Assembly: GCA_964016885.1 (NCBI GenBank)
Contig: OZ024750.1
Span: 52,762,001-52,826,000 of the forward strand
Length of the DNA: 64,000 bases
Direction of reading: 5' to 3'
Source: Eledone cirrhosa
Lineage: Eukaryota
Both the position numbers and the translations under genes were made by a program. The notes beneath the pieces are model-generated. The model was not told where the DNA came from and made no database searches. It worked only from the letters and a program-made list of their open reading frames with translations. Below, piece by piece: positions 1 to 11,076 of this stretch. Every line of letters starts with the position of its first letter. The stretch's first letter is position 1.

Positions 1-1303
1 GGTTTTTCTTGGTCTACCCACTCCGCAGCTTCCATCAATGTTCATTGCCCTGCACTTTTTTATGCAGCTGTCGTCCTTCATACGCATCACATGTCCATAA
101 CAATGCAATCTCCTCTCCAGAACACAACATTTGATACCTCTTATGCTTAGTTTCCATCTTCGTTTCCATTTTTCGCGCACATTACTATTACACATCCAAC
201 GTACCATGCAAGCTTCATTTCCTTCTAATCTACGCAGGTCTTCAGCACACAATGCCCATGTCTCACTGCCATGTAACATTGCTGTCCATATACAGGCATC
301 ATACAATCTGCCTTTCAATTTTAGAGAAAAACCCCTTGGGGCCAACAGTGGTATTAACTCTCTGAGCTTTTTCCATCCCATTCTAACTCTGGCTACTACA
401 CTTTCAGAGCACCCTCCACCACTGCTGATTTTGTCACCCAGGTAACGGAAGGTGTCTACTATTTCTATAGAACCATCTAGGCAGCTGAAGGAGATATCAT
501 CCAGTGGGTCCTTGCTACTTACTGCACCTGAGCATTGGCCACATATAAAATCTACATTCTTAGATAGCTTACCTCTGATCCCACTACATCTTTTATATAC
601 CCATAGTTTGCATTTAGGACATAGAATGGAGTTTCTGCCTACTCCTTTCTTACACACTGAGCATGGCCATTTCCCAGAGGGTACCTGTGCCCTATTCTCC
701 TTTCTACATCTTAGACAAGTTGACTCTAAGGCCATGCTTCCATGTTTGGAACTTCCTCTTTAGTTCAGCCATGTATTCAGCTATGAGAGTTAGATCATCT
801 GCATATAGAAGTTCCCATGGGCAGCCAGTCTTAAACCCTTCTGTTATAGCCTGAAGGGCAATAATAAACAGGAGGGGGCTAAGGACAGAGCCTTAGTGAA
901 CTCTTACTCATCATCATCATCATCATTTTACGTCCACTTTTCCCTGCTTGCAAGGGTGGGACGGGAACTGATTCTGGCTTGGTTTCTACAGCTGGATGCC
1001 CTTCCTAACACCAACCTCATTTACAGTGAGTGCTGGGTGCTTTTTTGCCGTGGCACCTCCACGACCACTTTGCACTGGAATGATATGGACCCCAGTCCCT
1101 ATCATCTCATTTCTACAGCTGAGTAAACTGGAGCAATGTGAAATAAAGTGTCTTGCTCAAGGAAACAACACATCACTACTATTACGCTAAATTCATCACT
1201 ATATTCATCGTTAATTCTAACCTTATTGACTGTTCCTCTATACATGGCTTGTATAGCTCTCACAAGCCATTCTTCCACTCCTAGTTTACTAAGAGCCTAC
1301 CAG

Positions 1304-1306
<3 letters not shown>
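1..1306 (-). mobile_element. RTE-clade LINE fragment (RT C-terminal region, degenerate), interrupted by a SINE at 908-1176
   Basis: The reverse complement matches the RTE ORF at 54071-55936 (GSVLSPLLFII, GCPWELLYADD, YLGDKISSGGG, HGSETWAL segments), with deletions. Confidence 0.9.
908..1176 (-). mobile_element. 5'-truncated tRNA-derived/RTE-tail SINE
   Basis: Near-identical to the copies at 3401-3744 and 27858-28197, with a (GAT)n tail, but lacks the tRNA head. Confidence 0.85.
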
Positions 1307-1345
<39 letters not shown>

Positions 1346-1379
1346 CAGGTAAAAGTGGACATAAAATGATGATGATATA

Positions 1380-1764
1380 TCATCATCATCATTTTACGTC
1401 CGCTTTTCCCTGCTTGCAAGAGGGGGACGAGAACTGATTCTGGCTTGATTTCTACAGCTGGATGCCCTTCCTAACACCAACCTCATTTACAGCGAGTGCT
1501 GGGTGCTTTTTTTTCTGTGGCGCCTCCACATCCACTTTACAGTGTGGGCTGGGTGCTTTATTGCCGTGGCACCTCCACAACTACTTTGCAGTGGAATGAT
1601 AGGGACCCCAGTCCCTATCATCTCATTTCTACAGCTGAGTAAACTGGAGCAATGTAAAATAAAGTGTCTTGCTCAAGGAAACAACACATCACCCGGTCTG
1701 AGAATTGAACTCACAACCTTTTGATTGCAAGGCCAATGCTCTAACCACTAAGCCATGTGCCTCC
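1380..1764 (-). mobile_element. Full-length tRNA-derived SINE with CORE-like centre and RTE 3' tail
   Basis: Minus strand starts GGAGGCACATGGCTTAGTGGTTAGAGC (A box), then GAGTTCAATTC (B box), then CCTTGAGCAAGACACTTT (CORE-like), and ends GGACGTAAAATGATGATG. Confidence 0.88.
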
Positions 1765-1800
1765 ATATATATATATATATATGTTTGTGTGTATATGTAT

Positions 1801-2090
1801 ATAAGACCCGAACCCCATGGGTACAAGCCGAAGCTGAAGCATATAAACAATATGCCCCCACACCCTCCCACTGCAAAGTGATCGTGGAGATGCCACGGCA
1901 AAAAAGCACCCAGCACTCACTGTAAATGAGGTTGGTGTTAGGAAGGGCCTCCAGCTGTAGAAATCAAGCCAGAATCAGTTCCCGTATGAGCAAGACAAGG
2001 TCAGCCGACCGGACACTGCTCACAACAGGACAACCCGTCTAACCCATGCTAGCGTGGAGGAATGGACGTAAAACGATGATGATGATGATA
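1801..2090 (+). mobile_element. RTE LINE 3' end/UTR fragment
   Basis: Matches the 3' end of the LINE copy at 48770-49540 and ends in a (GAT)n tail. Confidence 0.8.
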
Positions 2091-2201
2091 ATATATATAT
2101 ATATATATATATATATAGTAATAATAATAAATTTGAAGACTAAAATCCAAAGGGGGCTCGATAAGGATAAATATATATCAAATATAAGAACCGTAGAGCA
2201 A

Positions 2202-2299
2202 ATATTTATTAAAATAACAATTAGAGTTTCAGAAGATCCCGTTAAGGGTGAAAGCAGCGATTCTTTGCTTAAACTTTAATCTGTTATTTTAATAAATAT
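2202..2299 (+). ncRNA. Hammerhead-ribozyme-like motif (variant core) in a ~30-bp hairpin
   Basis: TTAGAGTTT-CAGAAGA-TCCC.GTTAA.GGGT-GAAA-GCA...TGC-TT-AAACTTTAA. The core has a U4A substitution. Confidence 0.45.
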
Positions 2300-2410
2300 A
2301 TATGTATATATATACACATATATATATACATATATTTATATATATATATTGTATTTTTGTTTGTTTGTATTTAAAACAAGATAACAAAGGAAACACAAAA
2401 TAAAAACCCA

Positions 2411-2453
2411 GTTACTGAGGAGGTCACAGAATGTGAGACGAAAGACCTTTGAC
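2411..2453 (+). ncRNA. Minimal type I hammerhead ribozyme-like motif
   Basis: GTTA-CTGAGGA-GGTCACA.GAA.TGTGAGAC-GAAA-GACC-TT-TGAC: intact core, imperfect stem II, 4-bp stem I. Confidence 0.5.
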
Positions 2454-2610
2454 AATATATAAACAACAATCCAGTTATTGAACCAACCAAACTGGACATT
2501 TATAATAAATTGAAGTGAAAACCAACAGGTGCGTGTGTTTTTATTGGCAGCATGACCCTCCCAGAGTATAACAATATATATACACACACACATTATATGC
2601 ACACATACAC

Positions 2611-2641
<31 letters not shown>

Positions 2642-2934
2642 ATAGTGTTGTAGTTTGCTTGAAGCATTGTTGAATAGGAAATATATATTTAAATGACTTT
2701 GAAAAGCCATACAATGCATTAGAAAATTAAAAATGCCAAGATAACAATAGAATGTTACCTTAGTAAATTTAACAATCCCAAATATTTTGGGGTTTAAAAA
2801 CCCCTCATCAAGGGTCACAGAGACTTAAAGGAGAGATCATAGTTGACTGGTTTGGAAGGAAGATTTATGTTAAATGAAATAAATAGACGTTAAAATTTCG
2901 AGCGTTCACATTGTGAAATGTCTGGGAAAAAGTG

Positions 2935-4322
2935 TTTGATATATGTATGTGTGTGTGTTTGATATATCTATGTGTGTGTGTGTGTGTTAGATATATGTAT
3001 GTATGAGATATATGTATGTGTGTGTGTTTGATATATCTATGTGTGTGTGTGTGTGTGAGATATATGTATGTGTGTGTGTGTTAGATATATGTATGTATGA
3101 GATATATGTATGTATGAGATATGTGTGTGTATTTGATATATGTATGTGTGAGATATATGTGTGAGATATGTGTATGTGTGAGATATGTGTATGTGTGAGA
3201 TATATGTATGTGTGAGATATATGTATGTGTGAGATATGTGTGTGTATTTGATATATGTATGTGTGAGATATATGTATGTGTGTGTGGTATATGAGTGTGT
3301 GATGTATGTATGTGTGTGTGTGGTATATGTATGTGTGAGATATATGTGTGTGTGTGTGTGATATATGTGTGTGAGATATATGTATGTGTGTGGTATATGT
3401 ATCATCATCATCATCATTTCATTTTACGTCCGCTTTTCCCTGCTTGCAAGGGTGGGACGGGAACTGATTCTGGCTTGATTTCTACAGCTGGATGCCCTTC
3501 CTAACACCAACCTCATTTACAGTGTGGGCTGGGTGTTTTTTTGCCGTGGCACCTCCACGACCACTTTACAGTGGAATGATATGGACCCCAGTCCCTATCA
3601 TCTCATTTCTACAGCTGAGTAAACTGGAGCAATGTGAAATAAAGTGTCTTGCTCAAGGAAACAACACATCACCCAGTCTGAGAATTGAACTCACAACCTT
3701 TCGATTGCAAGCCCAATGCTCTAACCACTAAGCCATGTGCCTCCATGTATGTGTGTGGTATATGTGTGTGTGATATATTTATGTGTGGTATATGTATGTA
3801 TGTGTGTGTGTGATATATGTGTGTGTGTGTGATATATGTATGTGTGTGGTATATGTATGTGTGTGATATATGTATGTGTGATATGTGTGTGGTATATATG
3901 TGTGTGGTATATGTATGTGTGTGGTATATATATGTGTGTGGTATATATGTATGTGTGAGATATATGTATGTGTGAGATATATGTATGTGTGGTATATGTG
4001 TGTGTGATATATGTGTGTGTGATATATGTATGTGTATGGTATATGTATGTGTGCGATATATGTGTGTGGTATATGTATGTGTGTGTGTGATATATGTGTG
4101 TGGTATATGTGTGTGTGTGTGATATATGTATGTGTGTGATATATGTGTATGTGTGATATATGTATGTGGTATATATATGTGTGTGGTATATATATGTGTG
4201 TGGTATATGTATGTATGTGGTATATGTATGTATGTGGTATATATATATGTGTGTGATATATGTATGTATGTATGTGATATATATATATATGTGTATGATC
4301 TAGATATGTATGTGTGTGTGTG
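2935..4322. repeat. Compound (TG)/(TA) microsatellite tract, split by a SINE
   Basis: Units such as GATATATGTATGTGTGA and GGTATATGTGTGT are visible directly. Confidence 0.95.
3401..3744 (-). mobile_element. Full-length tRNA-derived SINE
   Basis: Same family as 1380-1764: A/B boxes and RTE tail. Confidence 0.88.
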
Positions 4323-4329
4323 AGTCTAA

Positions 4330-6420
4330 ATGCGTTTGCCTAGTGAGGACATAGATTTAATTTAAAAGAAAGAATGAAACTGGCCACTGGGATGTTGGAA
4401 TACAGGCTTTTAACTTAGCCATTCGATTACTGATGCCAGGTTTTAGTCGTTTGATTAAGAGGGCTTCCTTAATTCTCAGCGTACCTATACTGTGTTTGGT
4501 AGCTAAGATTGTCTTGGTTCCCACATTTGATGATACAGAAGGAAGGGGAGTTAATGTTAACATGCTCTTTAATACGGAGATGTAACTGTGAAATAGTGCT
4601 GCCTATGTAGAATAGATTGCACTCGTTACATTCTAGCTTGTTATCCTCATTGGGGGGTTGCCTTGTGGAGAGGCATCTTCACAGGGAAGGTCCAGAGTAA
4701 GCTAGTTTGATTTTGAGGCCCTCTCTCCTTATGGCTTTGCGTATGGCGTTTGTGGTTTCCTTGCTGAGATGTGGGATCTTGAAGAAGCAGCTGTTGTTTG
4801 TGTTGGTCCTGTCTCTGGGTCTGGGGTTTCATCCTGGGGTGGAGAAGGAAGCTGGGTAGCCGTTAATCTCTATTAGTAACAATACTGCATCGGTTGCGTA
4901 TGCGAGCCATTTCATTAAACATGTACCCTCTTTTAGAGCTGTTGGGGAGGGTAGATTTGTAACGAACAAACAGGTCCCTGCTGGCCACTTTGCGGTAGAA
5001 AGTGGTGTGGATTTCACCACTTTCAGAGATGTTCAGTCTGAAATCAAGTAGAGCGAGGGACCCGGAGTTGGTGGGATGTTCGATGGTGAACTTCATGTTA
5101 TTGTCAGCATTGTTGCAAGATTAGAAACTCTTGTCAGCATTGTCCTTGGTGGATCTGAGGATGAGTATATCATCCACATATCTAGTGAAGAAAGCGCAGG
5201 TGCTACAGGAGCTGAGTACTCGGTGTTCAAGCCTGTTCATATACGAAATGGCCAGTAAACCTGAGAGGCTGGATCCTATGGGTAGTCCAGAGGTCTGTTG
5301 GTAGGTTTGTCCCAGGAAGTTGAAAAAGGTGCTGTTGACAATGATGGATAGGAGTTGGTGGATGTTGGTGGTGGTGAGGCCGAAACAATCCAGGTCGCTG
5401 CAACCGACACATTCAGTGAGTATGTCCACTGCTAGGAGTGCAGGTGCCGATGTGTAGAGGGATACTACATCTAGGCTGAAGGTGTAACTATTGGATTTGA
5501 GGGTGTCAAGTTCTAGTTGGGTGAATAACTTCATTTGAGATATAGAGGTAGGCCGGGAAGGTTGTTAACAGGGGCTTTAAAATCTTGGACAGAAGCCAAG
5601 AGATTTTATAAGATGGTCCTTCAACACTGGAGACAATGGGTATAATTTTCATGTTGGGTCCTTCTTTGTAGGTTTTGATCAGGTGGTAGAAGTTGGGCAG
5701 CCTGCTGTTTCTCGTTATTTAATTGTACCGGAATCTCTTCGGGAGCCTTCGTCGGTCACAGATGTTGGTCCAGGCGGTGTTGATCTGGTTCTCTATCAGC
5801 ATGGGTGTAATTCCAGTGACTTCCGAGTAGAGATGTTGGTGGGCTAGGCCTCTCTGGTAATAACACAAAACTCTTTTCGCTTGTCCAACGGGAGGTATAC
5901 AAGGCTCTTAGATATGAGGTTTCTTAGGGTTGCGAGTTGTGGTCTTGAGAGGTTCTGGTGAGTATGTGTGTGTTTTTGTCGCATGTTAGTAATTGTAAGT
6001 TTTAACCATGAGAGTTTATTCTCGAGATCACGGTTGGAGGGTGGAGGGTGTAGTAAGTTGTGCACATGGTAAGTGGGGAAGTGAGTTCATTTTGGAAGTC
6101 TCGGAAGTGTCGATAAAAGACAACCACTTGAGCTTGTATGCGGCTCTGTAAAAGTCTGTCATCGAGTCACTGTCTCAAGATGAACTTGGGTCCGAGACAG
6201 ATGAGTTGCATTTCATCGTTGGAAAGAGACCCGAGTATATCTGTGACGAGGTGCAGGTTGTCATCGGTCTGGAGGTCAAGGGTGGTGGTGTTTATAGAGT
6301 TGGTAGGGTTAGTGTTGTTTTGTGGCATTCAACATGTTCAACTCTGACTCCATTAGTGTTAGGGGAGGTCTGGTAGGGAGGAGTGTTGTCATCACATTTA
6401 GCACTATTCCTAACTCTTCT
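4330..6420 (-). mobile_element. Penelope-like element (RT + GIY-YIG endonuclease), pseudogenised
   Basis: Fragmented ORFs carry PLE RT motifs SLDVVSLYT, YQQTSGLPIGSSLSG, RYVDD and KFTIEH..LLDF..FYRK, an N-terminal LPLDKRK (DKG-like) motif, and C-terminal LRIKEH/EALLIKRLKP typical of the GIY-YIG domain. Confidence 0.88.
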
Positions 6421-6710
6421 GTGTATACATATATACAAACACACACATATATACACACATACATATATACAAACACACATATCTTCATTAAGACTGAATC
6501 AGAGTCTGTTACACAGAATCAGAGTCTGTTTCACCTATATATTGATAGGGTCATCAGGCAAGAACCTTATCTGATGACCCTCTCAACAGTCATCAGATAA
6601 GACTTGTCTGATGACTGTCATCAAATAAAACATCAAATGACACTGGCAATACAGAGGCAAAACTCCAAATATTACTTTGACTTGGCCTTAAGAGAGAAAA
6701 TATTCCTTAA

Positions 6711-7662
6711 TGTAGTGTAGTGTAGTGTAGCGTAGCGTAGTGTAGTGTAGTGTAGTGTAGTGTAGCCTAGCATAGAGTAGTGTAGCATAGTGTAATGTAG
6801 TGTAGCTTAGAGTAGTATAGTGTAGTGTAGTATAGTATAGTGTAGTGTAGCATAGTGTAGTGTAGATTAGTGTAGTGTAGAGTAGAGTAGTGTAGTGTAG
6901 CATAGAGTATTGTACGGTAGTGTAGTGTAAAGTAGAGTAGTGTAGTTTAGTGTAGAGTATTGTAGTGCAGTGTAGCTTAGAGTAGTGCAGCATAGTATAG
7001 TATAGAGTAGTGTAGAATAGTGTAGAGTAGTGTAGTGTAGAGTAGTGTAGATTAATGTAGAATAGTGTAGTGTAGATTAGTGTAGAATAGAATATTGTAG
7101 TGTGGATTAATGTAGAGTAGTGTAGTGTAGTGTAGAGTAATGTAGTATAGTGTAGTGTAGTGTAGAGTATTATAGTGTAGTTTAGTGTAGAGTAATGTAG
7201 TGTAGGTAGAGTAGTGTAGTATAGTGTAGAGTAGTTTAGTGTAGGGTATTGTAGTGCAGTGGAGCTTAGAGTAGAGTAGAGTAGTGTAGTGTAGAGTAGA
7301 GTAGTGTAGTGTAGAGTAGAGTAGAGTAGAGTAGTGTAGTGTAGAGTAGAGTAGTGTAGATTAGTGTAGATTAATATAGAGTAGAGCAGCCAACATCACC
7401 TGGCATGGTCTCGAAAAAGTTGCCGCTGATCGTGACCGTTGGTGAGTACCTATTGCTCAATGCGCCGAACGGTGCGGAAAAATCTAAGACTAAGAGTGTA
7501 GTGTAGTGTAGTGTAGTGTAGAGTGAGTAGTGAAGTGTAGAGTAGAGTAGTGTAGTGTACTGTAGATTAGTGTAGAATAGAGTAGTGTAGTGTAGATTAA
7601 TGTAGTGTAGTATAGTGTAGAGTAGTGTAGTATAGAGTAGTGTAGAGTAGAGTAGTGTAGAG
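6711..7662. repeat. (TAGTG/TAGAG)n pentanucleotide satellite, left part
   Basis: Direct inspection. Confidence 0.95.
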
Positions 7663-8174
7663 AAAAGGTTTTCAACGGGGTGGGGTGGGGGGGACATGCC
7701 CCTCCAGGGGGCGTTGGAAACTTTGGGGGCGCTGGAAGCCCCTTTAGTTTGGTAAGTTTTATAAGTCATATTTGTACGTCTCTTAGACAGTCAGTGATTT
7801 GAATGAAGAAAACGAAAATAAATAAAAGAAGCTTGTCAACGAATTCCCTAGGGAGATAAAAGAAAATCAAAAGAAATCAAAGAGAATGAAAGTAAGGACT
7901 ACTTCAACAGAAATGACAAGAAGCAGCAATGGTGGTGAACATACACACACACACACATATATATACATACATACATACACACAGGCCGGCGTTAGTGTTT
8001 GATGAAGTTGAGAATCTGGTCAGCTCTCAGCCAGAAGTGTGGTATTTAATCTCCCTAGGTAATAAAATCTGGCGACAAAATTTTTCTCCTTACCAAAAAA
8101 AACACATAGATCATATCAACATCCTTACACACTTAAATATAAATGTATGTATATATGTATGTAGATTTATATAT

Positions 8175-8781
8175 ATATCATCATCATCATCATCGTTTAA
8201 CGTCCATCTTCCACGCTTGCGTGGGTTTGGACGGGAGTTTTCCCACTTGAGGCAAGATTTGTTGTCCTGCTCGTATAGGACTGTCTGGCAGGTTTTCTAC
8301 GGCTGGATGCCCTTCCTAACACCAACCACGTTTACAGTGTGGGTCTGGGAGGTTTTTACCGTGTTACCTACACGGCCACATTACAGCGTGGACTGTGGTT
8401 TTTGTCGTGACACCTACACGACCTCATTTGTTTGGGACTGGATGTTGTGGTACCAACATAACTTCACATTTAAGGGGATGGTGTGGATGGGGTGCGGGTA
8501 GGGGGGTGTATTTTGTTAGAGGTACCTACTGACTGTAGGTTTCGCTTTGTACTTAGGCAAGGCAGATCTTCTGTATGACTGTGTAGCGCCAAAGATCACG
8601 GTCCAGTGACATTGTCTTGGAGAGGTGTAAGTGTGTGAGGTCGGAATTTATCAAGTCGTCCCAGGTTTTTCTGGGTCTGCCTACTCCATGGCTACCATCT
8701 ATTTTTATCACCCTGCACTTTTTTATACAGCTATCGTCTTTCATGCGCATCACGTAACCGTACCAACGTAGTCTTCTCTCG
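8175..8781 (-). mobile_element. RTE LINE 3' fragment
   Basis: MRMKDDSCIKKC..GRPRKTW..DRDLWR followed by the family 3' UTR and a (GAT)n tail. Confidence 0.88.
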
Positions 8782-9110
8782 AGTATATATATATATATAT
8801 AAATCTACATACATACATATATTAATACATATATATATAAATCTACATACATACATATATTTATATATAAATCTACATACATACATACATATATACATAC
8901 ATTTACGTATGTATATAGCTATGCATTTATACATTTGTATTTAAGTGTGTAAGGTTATATATATATATATATTAAAGAGTTAAAGAAGATTCAATGAGTA
9001 TATCAAAGAATGAGTTTTACAGTAGATTGGAAGCACTCTACGATAAATAATTTTCCTGAGTTATTAATATTAAAATACAAATATTAATAAAATAGATGTT
9101 CTTTTGATCA

Positions 9111-9173
9111 ATTACATTTTATTATACATATTTCGGATGTACAACAGTACGTCCTCATCAGACAAAATATAAT
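9111..9173 (-). ncRNA. Minimal type I hammerhead ribozyme (left-arm copy)
   Basis: Reverse complement of the motif at 9295-9357. Confidence 0.75.
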
Positions 9174-9294
9174 GATACATGACATACCCTGAGATGTTAA
9201 ATGGTTAAGATTTAATCAAGGTAGATTAAATAGATTAAATAGACTACCTTGATTAAATCTTAACCATTTAACATCTCAGGGTATGTCATGTATA

Positions 9295-9357
9295 ATTATA
9301 TTTTGTCTGATGAGGACGTACTGTTGTACATCCGAAATATGTATAATAAAATGTAAT
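9295..9357 (+). ncRNA. Minimal type I hammerhead ribozyme (right-arm copy)
   Basis: ATTATATTTTGT-CTGATGA-GGACGTAC.TGTT.GTACATCC-GAAA-TATGTA-TA-ATAAAATGTAAT. Stem I is 12 bp with two G-U pairs, stem II is 8 positions with one mismatch, stem III is tiny and self-complementary. Predicted cleavage after AUA at 9345. Confidence 0.75.
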
Positions 9358-9397
9358 TGATCAAAAGAACATCTATTTTATTAATATTTGTATTTTA

Positions 9398-9431
<34 letters not shown>

Positions 9432-9435
9432 ATAA

Positions 9436-9466
<31 letters not shown>

Positions 9467-9850
9467 TATATATGCAGTGTGACAAGAAGCTTGTTTCCCA
9501 ACCACATATTTCCGGGTTCAGTCCCACTGCCTGGGCCGACAAAAGCCCTGTGTGTGGATTTGATAGATCGAAACTAAAAGAAGCCCGTCGTATATATGTC
9601 TGTGTGTCTTTGCGTTTGTGTTTGCCATCCCACCAATGCTTGTTGGTTTGTTGACGTTCCCATAACTTACCAAGGTGATGCTCCAGCATGGGCGTAGTCC
9701 AGAGACAGATAAAAAGTAAAATATATATGTGCGTGTGTGTGTGTAGAAGAGGGGTCTCAAACTCAAGGACACAAAAGGGCTATTACGTCCTGGAGGAGAG
9801 GCACAGTGGGCCAAATGTGGTGGTGGGTGAAGATTTTCACCAGTTATAAT

Positions 9851-10064
9851 CATTTCTACTATAGGAACAAGGCATGAAATTTGGGATTTAGGGTTCAGTC
9901 GATTGCATCGATCCTAATACACAACTGGTACTTAATTCATCGACCCCAAAAGGATGTAAAGCAATGTTGAGATCGGCGGAATTTGAACTCAGAACATAAA
10001 AACGGAAGAAGTACTGTTAAGCATTTCGCCAGATGTGCTAACGATTCCACCAGCTCACCGCCTT
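9851..10064 (-). mobile_element. Second tRNA-derived SINE family (abundant cephalopod-type)
   Basis: Head GGCGGTGAGCTGG, B box GAGTTCAAATTCC, central CATCCTTTTGGGGTCGAT..AAGTACCAG. Perfect 18-bp TSD ATTTTCACCAGTTATAAT (9833-9850 and 10065-10082). Confidence 0.85.
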
Positions 10065-11076
10065 ATTTTCACCAGTTATAATGCAATATGAAATATTGGT
10101 TCTACCACGGATAGATAGATGTGTACCAAACACACACCCATTTCTTACTCTCTCTGTCGCTCCCTCTTTCTCTCTTCATTTATATATATGTGTGGAGCGT
10201 TGTTATTTGGCGTTGTTGAAAAGAGCAGTGGCCTTTGACCCGGCAATAAAAAACTGTAGACAAAATTCTTTCTGTACCCAAAGCAAGGCACACACACACA
10301 AGTTTGTGTGTGTGTATGTATGTGTGTCTGTGTGCGTCTACGTGTGTGTGTGTATGTGTACCTATCTATGTATATATATAAGGGATACAAATACTACTTT
10401 CTCACTGTCTCCAAGCTTCTCAATTCATTCGTTGCTAAGTATTTTATTCTGCTACGAGGTATTTTATTTTGCAAGGTACTATTTTACCCCTGAGTTTGTG
10501 ATTTCAGAGAAAGGTAAGAAATTCTTCATATTTTACATCTTTTGTATTTTGACTTTACAGTTTGAATTGTAGACTTGTTTATCCAATCAAAATATTACAA
10601 CAGCTAACAGTGAAATATAGAATTTAAAAAAAAAACTTTTTCGACTGAAATCAAGTCTTTAAGAACATTGACGTTTATTTTTCAAAAATATATAATTTGA
10701 AATAGTTTGCTTTTGTTTTAGACTGAAACTTTTTTCTATTTAATTTGTACAAGTATTTTTTAAAGATTCTAACATAACTTGATTTGGCCCATTACGTGCA
10801 CTGCGGCATTCATATTTCTCAACTTATTATAGCTAAGTCCGTACAACAAGCTTCACTTATCAAAAATGTTCTAGATTACGTGAATGAATTGCGGAAACTA
10901 TATAGTACATTCACGTTGTGGTTTTCATTGCAGTTTTGTTTATTACAAAGCGTTATTCCAGGACATTACTTGAAACTTTATGGAACAGGACTCATTATAG
11001 TAAGTTATACATAATTTTATAGGCTTATATAGACAAATCTTTGCGTAATTTTACCATCACATTCGATAAACAGAAA

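Larger units (their letters stand above)
9067..9401. repeat. Near-perfect inverted repeat (158-bp arms, 19-bp spacer), Penelope pLTR-like, each arm carrying a hammerhead
   Basis: 9067-9224 is the reverse complement of 9244-9401, with one mismatch seen. Confidence 0.9.

Noticed and set aside
996-1190. Recurrent [11 protein letters not shown].. small ORF family
   Set aside because: Antisense translation of the SINE, recurring only because the SINE recurs.
1690-1764. tRNA gene
   Set aside because: A and B boxes are present, but the acceptor and anticodon stems do not pair, and the sequence is the head of a multi-copy SINE.
2775-2816. Active hammerhead on the minus strand
   Set aside because: Both core boxes are mutated (TTGATGA, AAAA); counted only as a relic.
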